DNA of 64,000 nt, taken from assembly GCA_000091205.1 (NCBI GenBank), contig AP006493.2. One strand, 5' to 3'. Below the pieces are notes generated by a model that ran no database searches, was not told the DNA's origin, and saw only the letters and a program-made list of their open reading frames with translations. The position numbers were made by a program, and so were the translations under genes. Every line of letters begins with the position of its first letter. Position 1 is the stretch's first letter. The stretch comes from Cyanidioschyzon merolae (taxonomy: Eukaryota). Shown here piece after piece: positions 54,021 through 64,000 of this stretch.

Positions 54021-55079
54021 AGCATGCATGCCCTGAACGTATCACGAGTACGGAAAGCTGAGGCATGCAGACTCGTACGTTTGAATCAGAAAGAACTATC
54101 GGTTAGTTCACGAGCCCTGGTTCGAATGCGTACAGCGGTATCTCGATCGAGACAACGTGGTAAATTTCAGCAGCAAAGCGTCGAAGCAGCCACTGCGCAA
54201 ACACGACCGAGAACTCCTTGGACTACGTAGATATCCTTCGGCCCCTATTGCTGTTCTGAGAACATCGAGCAGTTCCTCAGTAAAAAGTTCGGGGAAAAGC
54301 GCAGGCCAGGATGAACACGAGCTATGCTGAGTTCCATTTTCATCCGAGACAGGTGTGCAGGTGGTAGGGTGTCGAGCCATCAGCGCAGTGCACACACCGC
54401 ACATCGTAAATGAGAAATCCGCTTCGAGCGACCACAAGCGTGTATCGTGACGCGCCTTCCGCACAACCTGTGCCTCGCGTCGTGCGCGGTTAGCTTCCAG
54501 AAAAGCGCGGGTCCGACACCCGCGATGTTCGATGCTCGCTTTGCCGCGAACGCTTCCTGGGTCGGTATGCGGACTTTTGCCGAAGGCCAAGGTGCGCCGT
54601 CGCGACTGGCGCACAAGCCTACAAACAAGTATCGGATGTTGCGTGGATTAGCGGTTTCCGAAAGATATAACCTTCATCATCGGAGCACTTCGCAGAGGGC
54701 CGATCCTGATAAAGGTGCACAAACTACTCGGCTATGCGCCGCAGCGAGCATGCTGCCACGCGGAAACGCTGCCTCTCGTTCAGGTTCTTGCAGTGTGCTT
54801 CCAGAGCGTCCACAGAGACGCAACGCCCGCCACTCGTCACAGACTGTAACTGGCATCAACTCGTCGTCGATCAATGTGGCATGCACCCTTTTTGAGAAAA
54901 ACCCCTTTGCCAAGAACTGCTGTGGATTCGCATGCACACGCTTTGGCTGCGAAACGTACCTGGTGCATGGTCTGGCTGCCTGAGGCGGCACGAGTCTGCA
55001 ACCACTGCGTTGTGCATGCCATGAGCGCAAGCGCCGCGGTCTGGTCCAGTTCGCTCTGGTCGCACCGAGGAACCGGACA

Positions 55080-56228
55080 CTACCTGCAATGATGTCGAAG
55101 CACGATATGCTCCGGTTTGTACTGCGTGATGTCAGGCGACGATACGCCGTATTTTTTTGCAACGAAATTAGCAACTTCCAACTCTTGCAAGCGCGTTTTC
55201 AGCGCTGCGACATTGGCTTCCAGGGAACGGATGTATTCGGCAGCACCCTCGAGGATCGTGGCCCGGTCTGGTTTCCGACCAAACCTGGTTGCATACCCGC
55301 GTACTGCCGGCACCAGACACATGAGCGCGTCTACGCGTGAGGAGATCATGCGGCGACGTTTCTGCTCATGCATCCGATGCGTTTGCCGTGCAGAGTCCCT
55401 TAACCTCTCTCGGTCATTCACAAGCAACGCTTTCGATGATGATCCCGATTCGCCTCGGGATTCATCAGCGCAAGACGTGCTGACCTGTTTCGTCGTCACG
55501 TGATTCGCACAACTGGGGAATGGTCTGTCACTTAATGCATCGCCATCGCATGCAGATGAACCCGACGCTGCAAACGATCCGCGAGTGCCGGTCTCAGAAA
55601 CGCAGTCTGGAGCAGCGATGCCGGCTCTCTGCGTCGCCGACGCCGCACCAGATGCCTGACAGACTTCATTCGTTTCGTTCGGAACGCGCCAAAGATTCGC
55701 AGCACTCTGGCGCTCGCCCGTATGCAGTTGCTCCGGCCAGGTAGAAAGCGCATCCCGCTTTGAAATTCCGCCATTGGTTTCACGCCCGTGTTCCTGAACA
55801 ACATCTTCGTTACTCGGTTGATTCATTACGCCTTCAGCTTCAAGGAGACGAGCTTTCGCGGAGCGCTGCGGACCGTTCTCTGTCCTGTATATCAGTTTCG
55901 GCTCTTTCATAGCCAACGCCGATGCATCTAGCAACAGCTGAAGACTGCTACGTGTCTCGCCGAGACTCAGAGAGCAGGGCTCTACTTCAATGTCTGGCAC
56001 CGAGGAGTCAGAGACTATTGGACGCCACCTTCCCGGAAAGCCCCCAAGTCCAGCCTGACAATGGACACATGTGGCCGCTACATGGGTAGCACCTGTTGAC
56101 GGAGACGACTTGGGCTGAGGCACGGAACTGTAGCTGCGCCAAGCGGGTCGCCCGTCTGGCTCCAACGGCTTTGTCAGGCACGAGACTAGCACACTCGCTT
56201 GCTTGCCTCCCATAACGTGTGACGTCAT
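55080..56228 (-). CDS. bHLH-leucine zipper transcription factor (Myc/Max-type basic region)
   Basis: RQTHRMHEQKRRRMISSRVDALMCLVP aligns with Myc/Max basic region plus helix 1 (H..xE.xRR…L…P). After the loop, helix 2 plus zipper …RATILEGAAEYIRSLEANVAALKTRLQELE. Confidence 0.65.
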   Translation of the reverse strand: MTSHVMGGKQASVLVSCLTKPLEPDGRPAWRSYSSVPQPKSSPSTGATHVAATCVHCQAGLGGFPGRWRPIVSDSSVPDIEVEPCSLSLGETRSSLQLLLDASALAMKEPKLIYRTENGPQRSAKARLLEAEGVMNQPSNEDVVQEHGRETNGGISKRDALSTWPEQLHTGERQSAANLWRVPNETNEVCQASGAASATQRAGIAAPDCVSETGTRGSFAASGSSACDGDALSDRPFPSCANHVTTKQVSTSCADESRGESGSSSKALLVNDRERLRDSARQTHRMHEQKRRRMISSRVDALMCLVPAVRGYATRFGRKPDRATILEGAAEYIRSLEANVAALKTRLQELEVANFVAKKYGVSSPDITQYKPEHIVLRHHCR

Positions 56229-59067
56229 ACCACAGAAACGAGGCTCCCGGCAACCGAGGGGTGCTCTCGCCTGCCTCAGTACTCGTTAGCGTATACGCAA
56301 ACCCTAGAAACGCTATTCCGCTGTGGCCGTCTCTCACTTGATCGGAAACACAAGCCTCAAACAGCTCCGAGACAAACACAGACACGAAAAATAGTACGCA
56401 CCGCACAGAGGAGGCGCAGCCGACGAGCTCGACAACACTTCGAAAAAACCTACCCTCGTCTCCCTAGTCAAGAAAAACTTTCCTCTCCACCGACTTTACC
56501 TCGCTTGCAACGGCCGCACAACACCCACATATCTCCTTTGCATCGTTCTGCAAGCGTTCCACTGCACAGATGCGGTGCTTCTACCGTGAACGCGGGGATT
56601 TCGTTGCGCGGGGATGTCGGAGGCGACGTCGCGGGGCTCACCGGCGCCGTTCCCCGCACGATAGACATCCACGCGGCGGTGGCGCACCAGCGTCGACCAC
56701 CAGTTGCGAGCACGAGCGGCGACGGCGCGTGTTTGCCGTCCCAGCCTCCGATGACGTTTCCGATTGCACGGTGGGGCGGCACGTGCCGCACGCAATCTGG
56801 TGGACGCGAACTGCTGAACACGCTGTTGCATCTCGGTGCAGCGACACGCAGCGCGCTGCAGCCGCGCACGCATCAAAGGATCGCGCGCGCAACGCGGCGG
56901 CGGACACATCGAACGCACCGGCACGTCGGATCGCTGCGGCCTGGCGCGCCGCGATCTCTCGCAGGGCGCGGGCGTCCACGAGGCGCCACCCGCATCACCC
57001 CCGGACTTGGCCTGATCGTCGACCATAGGGGGCCGGGCGACGAGGGCGTACAACGCCGCCGCCGCCGCCGCCGCTGCTGCGAGACGGTGCAACGCATCCT
57101 CCAGTCGTGATTCGAGGCGGCGGGTTGCATGTCCGAAACGCGCGCGCTGTAGCTGGCAGATGGAGCCGTTGCGTGGTACGTCGTTTCTGCGGCCTAGCGC
57201 AGGTAAGCAGCGCTTACGGGATTTGCATTCGGTTACGCTGGCATTGACTCGTGGTTGCATGGCCGTCCGTGCCGGATGAGAGGCGGATTTCGTTTATCGC
57301 GCCTCTAATAGTGGTGGCTACGGGGAACGTTGCCTGCCTCTGGGGCTCTCGGGTCGGGCCGCCACACGAGCAGGACGTGTGGGTACCGTGCATCCGGGGC
57401 AGGCGCCTGTAGATCAAGTCATCGGGTCTACGAAAACAGTTGTTATGTGACAGCTACGTTTGTTTCGGGTACGCACAAGCTCAAGTGCGGGCGAGGTCAT
57501 CGATTCCGAAAAGGCGAATGCTAACGATCGCACACGACAGCTCTAGATTGTGTCATTGAATCCGCGCTTCTGGAGCTGATTGCTTCCAGCCATCATGGAC
57601 CAGCACATGCCTGATGTAAACAGCAGTGTCAGTATGGCCAGTCGCCCAGGAGCTGCATCACTAGCGGTTTGTACTCCCTGATTCAAGCGCCTCCGTCGAG
57701 ATGCAATCCTTGGAGGAAACCGGGGAGACATGGACATGAGGTCGGTGTTGCATCGCCGCCGCGATGCGATCTTCGAGAAAAAAACACCAGGGAAATATGC
57801 GCATCGTGTTTGTTTAGAAGCAATACGTGCCGTTGAGGTCACCGCGCAGCCTCCATCAACCTGCCGTGCCGTGCGCAAACCGGCTCGAAACGCAGATTTC
57901 TTGCCTTACATTGTCCACTGACGATCCTACGCTCGCTCAGAGTCGGCATCTTCACTCCATACGACAACACAGAGCTTTCGCTATCTCTTTTTGTTCGCGT
58001 TTTTGCGCCTCGTGCCACAGGTACCAATATCATGCATCGCTGGATTCCGTGGCGATGGCTTTCGCGTTCTCTGCTGACGCCGATTCCGCACGAGTGATGG
58101 GTCTGTAACTCGGTCCACTAGGCCTGTTTCCAACAGAGCGATCATGATCTGCGGCTGGTGCAGAGCGCGTAAGCTGGTCCCAGCCAGGTGACACATTTCC
58201 GAACCGCGCGCCTTGTAAAAAAATCGGTCCTGATCCCAAGCAAATGCCAGCCAATGGTTGTCATCCCCAAAGAACGAGCAACGCTGAGTGTAGAGCGTCA
58301 TCACAGAAGAACATATGCTCGCGTACTCGTCTCAAGTTTGGCCAAACGCCACATACCATATTTTGAGGATCCGATGGTTTTCTGCAGTCCAAATAGATCC
58401 ATCTCACATCAATTTGGCACGATAAAAAGATCGGGTGCACCTGTTCACGGCACGTGATCGTTGTGTCGAATCAGCTACCTCTGGATACATGCGTACATTA
58501 CGGGCATCGCGTTCGCAATGCCGAGCTTTCGGTGCCGGGGACTCTAGTACATCCGGAACGCGGTCCCTGAGTCGCATCGATCTTGTGCGCTTCCCAACGG
58601 TGCCGGCCTGCTATCGATCCAGAGCGGTAACGCGTTCAGACTAGCCGCAGCGTTCAGCATGTCTGCGACAGGCCATAGCACAGCAGCTTCACTCACGAGC
58701 GTAGCCACATGTCGTATGAAGAGGTCCGCCACTAGATTCTCGCTTGCGTCACCAGAGCAGCGGAACTAGTCTCTTGCAACAGCGACGGCATGTGTAGACC
58801 GGCTGCATCCCCAGAGTCCCACGGGTCGTCTACCGTGTTAGCGAATTCGAAGGACGGTACGATCCCCGGAATCATAGTGCAAATCAACGATGCGGATGCA
58901 GCGAAGCGCCGAGAAAATCCTATCGAAGAGCTGACCAGTGGAGGTATCGGCAAAGCACCACGGGTAAACACATTCCGGGATCGTTGCTGACGCGTGCCTC
59001 GGAGGTGTTGCGAGATGCACCTCGGCAAAAAATGAGCCTACTTTCATCGCGGCATGCATCCATTGCC

Positions 59068-60588
59068 TCAAAAGTCTAGATCTAGTCGAAAATCGTTCTC
59101 TCCAACACCAGATGGCTGGAAAGTCATCACACCCGCCTTTTGGTATTCGCCGACTCTACGTTCGAAGAAGTTGGTTTTCCCATTAAGGGAAATCAGTTCC
59201 ATCCAGTCAAACGGATTTTCTACTCGATACACAGGATCTACATGCAGCGCCACTAATAATCGATCAGCGCAGAACTCTATGTATTGCTGCATCAGCGTGC
59301 TGTTCATCCCAATGAGATTCACCGGAAGTGCTTCCCGAACAAAAGCCCGTTCCTGCTCGACAGCATCGCATATTATAGCGCGGATCAGAACATCCGGCGG
59401 CTTGTATCGCAACATGTGGAACACATGACACGCAAAGTCGCAGTGAAGGCCTTCGTCCCTACTGATGAGCTCATTGCTGAACGTTAAACCTGGCATGAGG
59501 CCTCGTTTCTTCAACCAGAAGATTGCACAGAACGATCCACTGAAAAATATGCCTTCAACGGCGGCAAAAGCGATCAGGCGTTCCGCGAAAGAGGCGTCGC
59601 TCCCGACCCATCGGAGCGCCCATTCAGCCTTTCGTCGAACGCACGGTAGCGTATCAATTGCGCGGAAGAGTCGATCCTTCTCAGTCGTTTCTTTGATGAA
59701 AGTGTCGATCAACAGGCTGTACATCTCTGAGTGAATGTTTTCCATCGCCATTTGGAACATGTAAAAGGACCTTGCTTCCGACAGTTGCACCTCTGTACTA
59801 AAACGTAGTGCCAAGTTCTCATTCACGATGCCGTCTGATGCAGCGAAGAACGCGAGAACGTAGGTGATGAAATGTTTCTCACCCGACGTGAGCCTAGACC
59901 AGTCCCGCAAATCCTGTTGTAGATCGACTTCCTCCACTGTCCAGAACGAAGCGACAGCGCGCTTGTAAAAGGACCAGGTTTCCGGATAGCGTATGGGAAA
60001 AAGTACGAAGCGATTGGTGCTCGCCATGAGAAGCGGCTCTGACTTCTCGCAGGTGCGCAACCATTCGCGAATCTTCAAAAGCTCCTTCCGCGACACAAGG
60101 AAGCTCCGCGCTTCCCCTTCCTCGCCACGAAAGTGCGTTTCCGATTTTATCAAATCCGAATGCATTTCAGCGTCCACGAAACTTTCGAGCACCTCTTCTG
60201 TTGCGTTCCGAGGCGACACCGGTGCCTCTGCGCTACTCTCCGCTGGAAGACTGCGCCCGGACGAACCAGCAGCAGCACCAGCAGCAGCGCTGTTCGCCTC
60301 GGAACTCAAGTTCCACTTACTTGCACCTTTCAGCTGCGCTTCAGAAGCTGCGTGAACATGCGCGTTTTGTCCCAGTGAAAAGTGCTCCTTGGTGAGCGCG
60401 GCCGCCGTTCTTGATCCTAACGCTGCGTCGTAGCGCAGTGAAGTCGCCATAAGCGGAGACTCGCTGGCGGATGACGTTCCAGATTCGCAGTCTGAGGTTG
60501 ACGCCGACTCAAACAGCACCATGCAGCACCGCTGCGAAGAAGCTGCTCGTGTTGAGTCTCCCTCGCGCACGCGTCCGCGGGAGAACAA
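59068..60588 (-). CDS. RNR2: Ribonucleotide reductase small subunit (R2) with a ~110-aa Ser/Ala-rich N-terminal extension (true start may be internal)
   Basis: [62 protein letters not shown]. Di-iron/tyrosyl radical site residues are colinear with R2 proteins. Confidence 0.95.
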   Translation of the reverse strand: MFSRGRVREGDSTRAASSQRCCMVLFESASTSDCESGTSSASESPLMATSLRYDAALGSRTAAALTKEHFSLGQNAHVHAASEAQLKGASKWNLSSEANSAAAGAAAGSSGRSLPAESSAEAPVSPRNATEEVLESFVDAEMHSDLIKSETHFRGEEGEARSFLVSRKELLKIREWLRTCEKSEPLLMASTNRFVLFPIRYPETWSFYKRAVASFWTVEEVDLQQDLRDWSRLTSGEKHFITYVLAFFAASDGIVNENLALRFSTEVQLSEARSFYMFQMAMENIHSEMYSLLIDTFIKETTEKDRLFRAIDTLPCVRRKAEWALRWVGSDASFAERLIAFAAVEGIFFSGSFCAIFWLKKRGLMPGLTFSNELISRDEGLHCDFACHVFHMLRYKPPDVLIRAIICDAVEQERAFVREALPVNLIGMNSTLMQQYIEFCADRLLVALHVDPVYRVENPFDWMELISLNGKTNFFERRVGEYQKAGVMTFQPSGVGENDFRLDLDF

Positions 60589-61671
60589 TGCTTCACTCGA
60601 CTGGGCAGGCGTCGTACGGTGGTGCGCAGCGCCTCGCCCGGCGACTCATGCCGGCGTCGGCATGATTTGCGACAAATCGAACTTGCATCCACAATGGCTC
60701 TGCCACGCTGCGGGTTGTTTTCTCTTTCGTTGGCAAAACGTATCCTAGGTCCATGGAAACGTGTTGTCATCGAAAAAAATCGGCGGCTGCGACTGCCTCA
60801 GTGCCTGATGTGTTGTGCGTCGATCATGCGCTGCGCGAAAAGCTCGGCTCTAGCGCAAACGGTGCTGCAACTCGCTAGCTGGGACTGTTTCCATATCGGG
60901 TGTTGACATGCGGTTCAGTCATCAGCAGTGCCATTACCTCCTACTGGTCTTTTCTGGTGTACGATCGACTGATATCATTAGTGTCCGTTGGGTGGTCAAT
61001 TGCGATCACCGTTGAGAAAGCAGAGCCCCGCGCTCCTTTCCCGAGTTCATTCTGAATTCCGATAACCCCAGATCAAATTTCCAGTCAGGCGGCGGGGTAA
61101 GATCCGGCGATCCGTCGGGTGACTGCTCCTCCACTCTAATCGGACGGGAGCAACGCACTGAACGAATCGGTCTGATCCGGCCTGTCTGTCTTTCTCCAAA
61201 CTTTGCCTGTGATGTGCAGCATCGACAATTGAAATGCAGAGAACAGGGCTTATCAACGAAGATGCAGTTTTTGCATTTTCAGTCGTGTTTTCGCAAGTGT
61301 GCCTTCGGCGCTTTGTCTGTGGAATGCGGTACGTCACCAGAGTCATGATGGCTTGCAACGTCATCGAACAAGCGCATGTAGAACAACAGCTATCATGATT
61401 CATTTCGTAATCAGAAGCTTCCACTCCTCTCCTAACCTAACGTGGAGCATGTTCAAATCACGCATGCTTTCCAGTTCTCGGTCTTGCTGGCTCAAAGCGA
61501 AGCGCGGGCGCAGCACTTGGCGCCGCTGAACTGGCGACGAAAAAAATCGATGGCTCTCCTTGACGGCCTGTTTACACGCTCTTTCTGAAACTTTGCGAGG
61601 CTTGACATCTCAAATAATTGAATCATTCCAAAGCACATATCTTCCTCTCTTGTTGGCCGTCCGAGGGGCTG

Positions 61672-61874
61672 CATTCGACAGCAGCATCGTGCCTTGCTAC
61701 GTATATACGCGCAAGGGCTCCCGTATTTTCTGTTTGCATGGAAAAAGGTCTTAGACCCGGACATGAGTCATCACCACAATTGTCTCAAGTCGAACGTGTG
61801 CCACCGCGTTACACAAAACGGACGAAGAGTGATTGGAATTCCTCGACTTGATCTGTAGCCTGGATTCTGCTTCC
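61672..61874 (+). repeat. Copy B of the ~200 bp dispersed element, followed 6 nt later by a T8 run (61881-61888)
   Basis: About 80% identical to 21210-21415, same strand. Conserved 3' block 'gattggaattcctcgacttgatctgtagcctggatt' and a downstream oligo-T. Confidence 0.45.
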
Positions 61875-62242
61875 GATACGTTTTTTTTCTGACGGAAAAC
61901 GTCGACTTACTCAAATTCTGTATCGAATCGAGACGCCTACGCATGCGCTTGCAAAGAACAGCCTACTCGCCGAGCAGGTCGCCAAGAAGCGTCTGATCGA
62001 AGGGCACGGCACCGGGCGCGCAAACGCCGAAGGACATCAATCGCAGGCTTCTGTACTCCTCAAGGCCATGACCCGAGCAATAAAGCAAGCATTCGCCCAG
62101 GATGAAACCGATTTTGGAGGAGGAGAACAGGTGAATATATGGGAACAACTGATCTCATTCAAGAACAACCGCTGCAAAGGTCGCCTTGTCGTCGAATGCA
62201 CGTGCGAAGAAAATCGCATGCCATTCTTAGACCGCAAGCATC

Positions 62243-62470
62243 GCCTGTGCATCGGATACGTCAACAACAACAGCTCTACTAGCAGAATCGGGACGTGAAC
62301 ACCGCCTTCCACATCCGCTGACTACGAACAACGGAGCTGCATAGATAGGAAAGACCACCATACGGCCTGTGCATCGGATACGTCAACAACAACAGCTCTA
62401 CTAGCAGAATCGGGACGTGAACACCGCCTTCCACATCCGCTGACCACGAACAACGGAGCTGCATAGACAG
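62243..62470. repeat. ~123-bp tandem duplication, ~1.85 copies
   Basis: 'cctgtgcatcggatacgtcaacaacaacagctctactagcagaatcgggacgtgaacaccgccttccacatccgctga(c/t)(c/t)acgaacaacggagctgcatag' at 62243 and 62366. Confidence 0.85.
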
Positions 62471-64000
62471 GAGAGCCTGGCACATGGAAATTCAGATAGA
62501 TGCGACAAAACAACCATGCAGTCATGGCAAGTATACCCGCAAAGGCAGGCGCTGATGACACTCGGAAGAAACCCAAACTCTAGTGTGCACAGCCGAGTCA
62601 GCAGAGTCGACCCATTCCACGTTGGGCGGACAAGAATGTACCGCAGGCGCTCGTTCCATCACTGGATGCGCTGCTGCCGCAGTCGCTAAGAGAAGTGCGC
62701 GCCCAGCCCGCAGCGCACATCGATGAATACAGCGCTGTTGCGCCGCCGTCGATCGACGGACACGGCGTTGCGTCGACAGCCGCAGCAGCACCCGCAGCAG
62801 CAGCAGCACCCGCAGCAGCAGCAGCAGCAGCAGCCGTTACGCGTACGCAAGCGCAATTGCTGCTGCCATTACGTCTGCCTCTCCAGCGCTTTTCTAAACC
62901 GCTGTTGCACCTCGGTCAACAACGATTGTCCTCCTACCATCAAACAGGTAGCACCTTTGCTGCTCGGGGAACTATATATCATAAGATTCTGTTGTGAATA
63001 AACAGAAGTTGGGAGCACTCGAGCAGCACCTGGGATACGGGTTCGTTGAGCGGTGCTGCGGCATAACCGCAGGAACGGAGCACGTATGAGTGCGACCAAA
63101 GTCGAGCCAAACCCGGCTGCGGACTCTTCGCGATCCCTCGTAGTCATGGGGAGGCTACCTAGTGACGCTGATGCGGGGTCGCGCTCAACGCAATCGCTGC
63201 GTTCGGCCGAGGGGCGGCGGAAGGTGCTCCGCTGGCTCCAGGCGTCCGGTTGGTGGCACCCCGTAGACAAGCGCTGGGATAGCACGGCGAGCACGCTCGA
63301 CGACGTCGATGAACGTTACTTGTCTCCGTGTTGTTCTTCACGGAAAGTTGCTCGTGTGGAAAACGAGAAACTTACGCAACCGGGCAGTGGCGCAGAGGAC
63401 AATCCTCTTCAGCGTCATCTTTGCAAAGACGGTGCCCTGTCACCGAACTCGAGACCTTCAAACTGGGAAACACTGGATTTCCCGCAGCTGCCAGCGCACA
63501 TACTATCGATTTTATCGCGAGCGGAGGAGGAGCTGATGAAGAGCAGCCATAAGAACAAGAGCGTGGAAATCGGAGACACCGTATCACTGGACCCTGATGA
63601 TGCTGACTGTCGATGCCGCGATCAATCCGCTCAATCCACGACTGAAAGCCAAACACCAGAGAAAGCGAAATGCACGGCGTTGATACCACTAGACCATAAT
63701 TCCGAGGCCTTCGATCCTGAAGGCGATCTCGGTCACACATCAAAAGCGGTTGAAAACGAGGCATGCCCTGCGTACTTGCCGGACGCGAGCTCACGGGTAT
63801 CAACACCAGCCCAACCGCGAAGGCGTTTAACAGGTGCACAGCGACGGCGATTCGATCGGGCATGTGAAGCTGCCCAGCAACTCTTGTTTCGACACGATTG
63901 GAAGTCTGTATCACAACAAACGAAAGAAACCGCCATGATATCAAGAACCGAGGTATCTCCGCAGACTCCGAATCTGTCGCCGTTGTCTGCAGACCGCCTG

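Noticed and set aside
54085-54140. Possible tRNA (GGTTCGAAT T-loop-like motif)
   Set aside because: No D-arm or anticodon stem can be drawn and the spacing is wrong. Likely chance occurrence.
56496-57260. 254-aa Arg/Ala-rich ORF and overlapping partners in a very GC-rich island
   Set aside because: A compositional artefact. Several overlapping ORFs on both strands, (GCC)n tracts and no motifs. Possibly a CpG-island-like promoter region rather than coding.

Overview
This window looks like nuclear DNA from a GC-rich, intron-poor eukaryote (composition judged by eye, not measured; tentatively oomycete/stramenopile-like). Genes lie on both strands, roughly one per 3 to 4 kb, and most are read as single uninterrupted ORFs. 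From motifs I recognise a multi-thioredoxin PDI-like ER membrane protein, adenosine kinase, a tuberin (TSC2)-like RapGAP giant protein, a Trk/HKT cation transporter, a glycogenin-like GT8 with a C-terminal multi-TM domain, an LSm protein, eIF4A, a Gyp7-type TBC Rab-GAP, an MFS transporter, QCR7, a TatB/Hcf106-like protein, a Myc/Max-type bHLH-ZIP factor and the ribonucleotide reductase small subunit. The most unusual structure is a near-perfect large inverted repeat. Its arms are about 3.3 and 3.6 kb and roughly 99% identical, at approximately 24300-27947 and 34602-37930. They flank a 6.66 kb gene-bearing spacer (LSm, a GIY-YIG-like tail-anchored protein, a 4-TM protein and an intact member of a repeat-gene family). 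The arms carry a 90-bp tandem array and a (CAGG)n microsatellite whose copy numbers differ between arms. I also found a diverged ~0.8 kb family (one intact ORF in the spacer plus three decayed copies), a ~200 bp dispersed element pair with Pol III-like features, and several local tandem duplications. I could not confidently place any tRNA or rRNA gene. All coordinates come from the supplied ORF track and by-eye alignment; true start codons and any small introns are uncertain.
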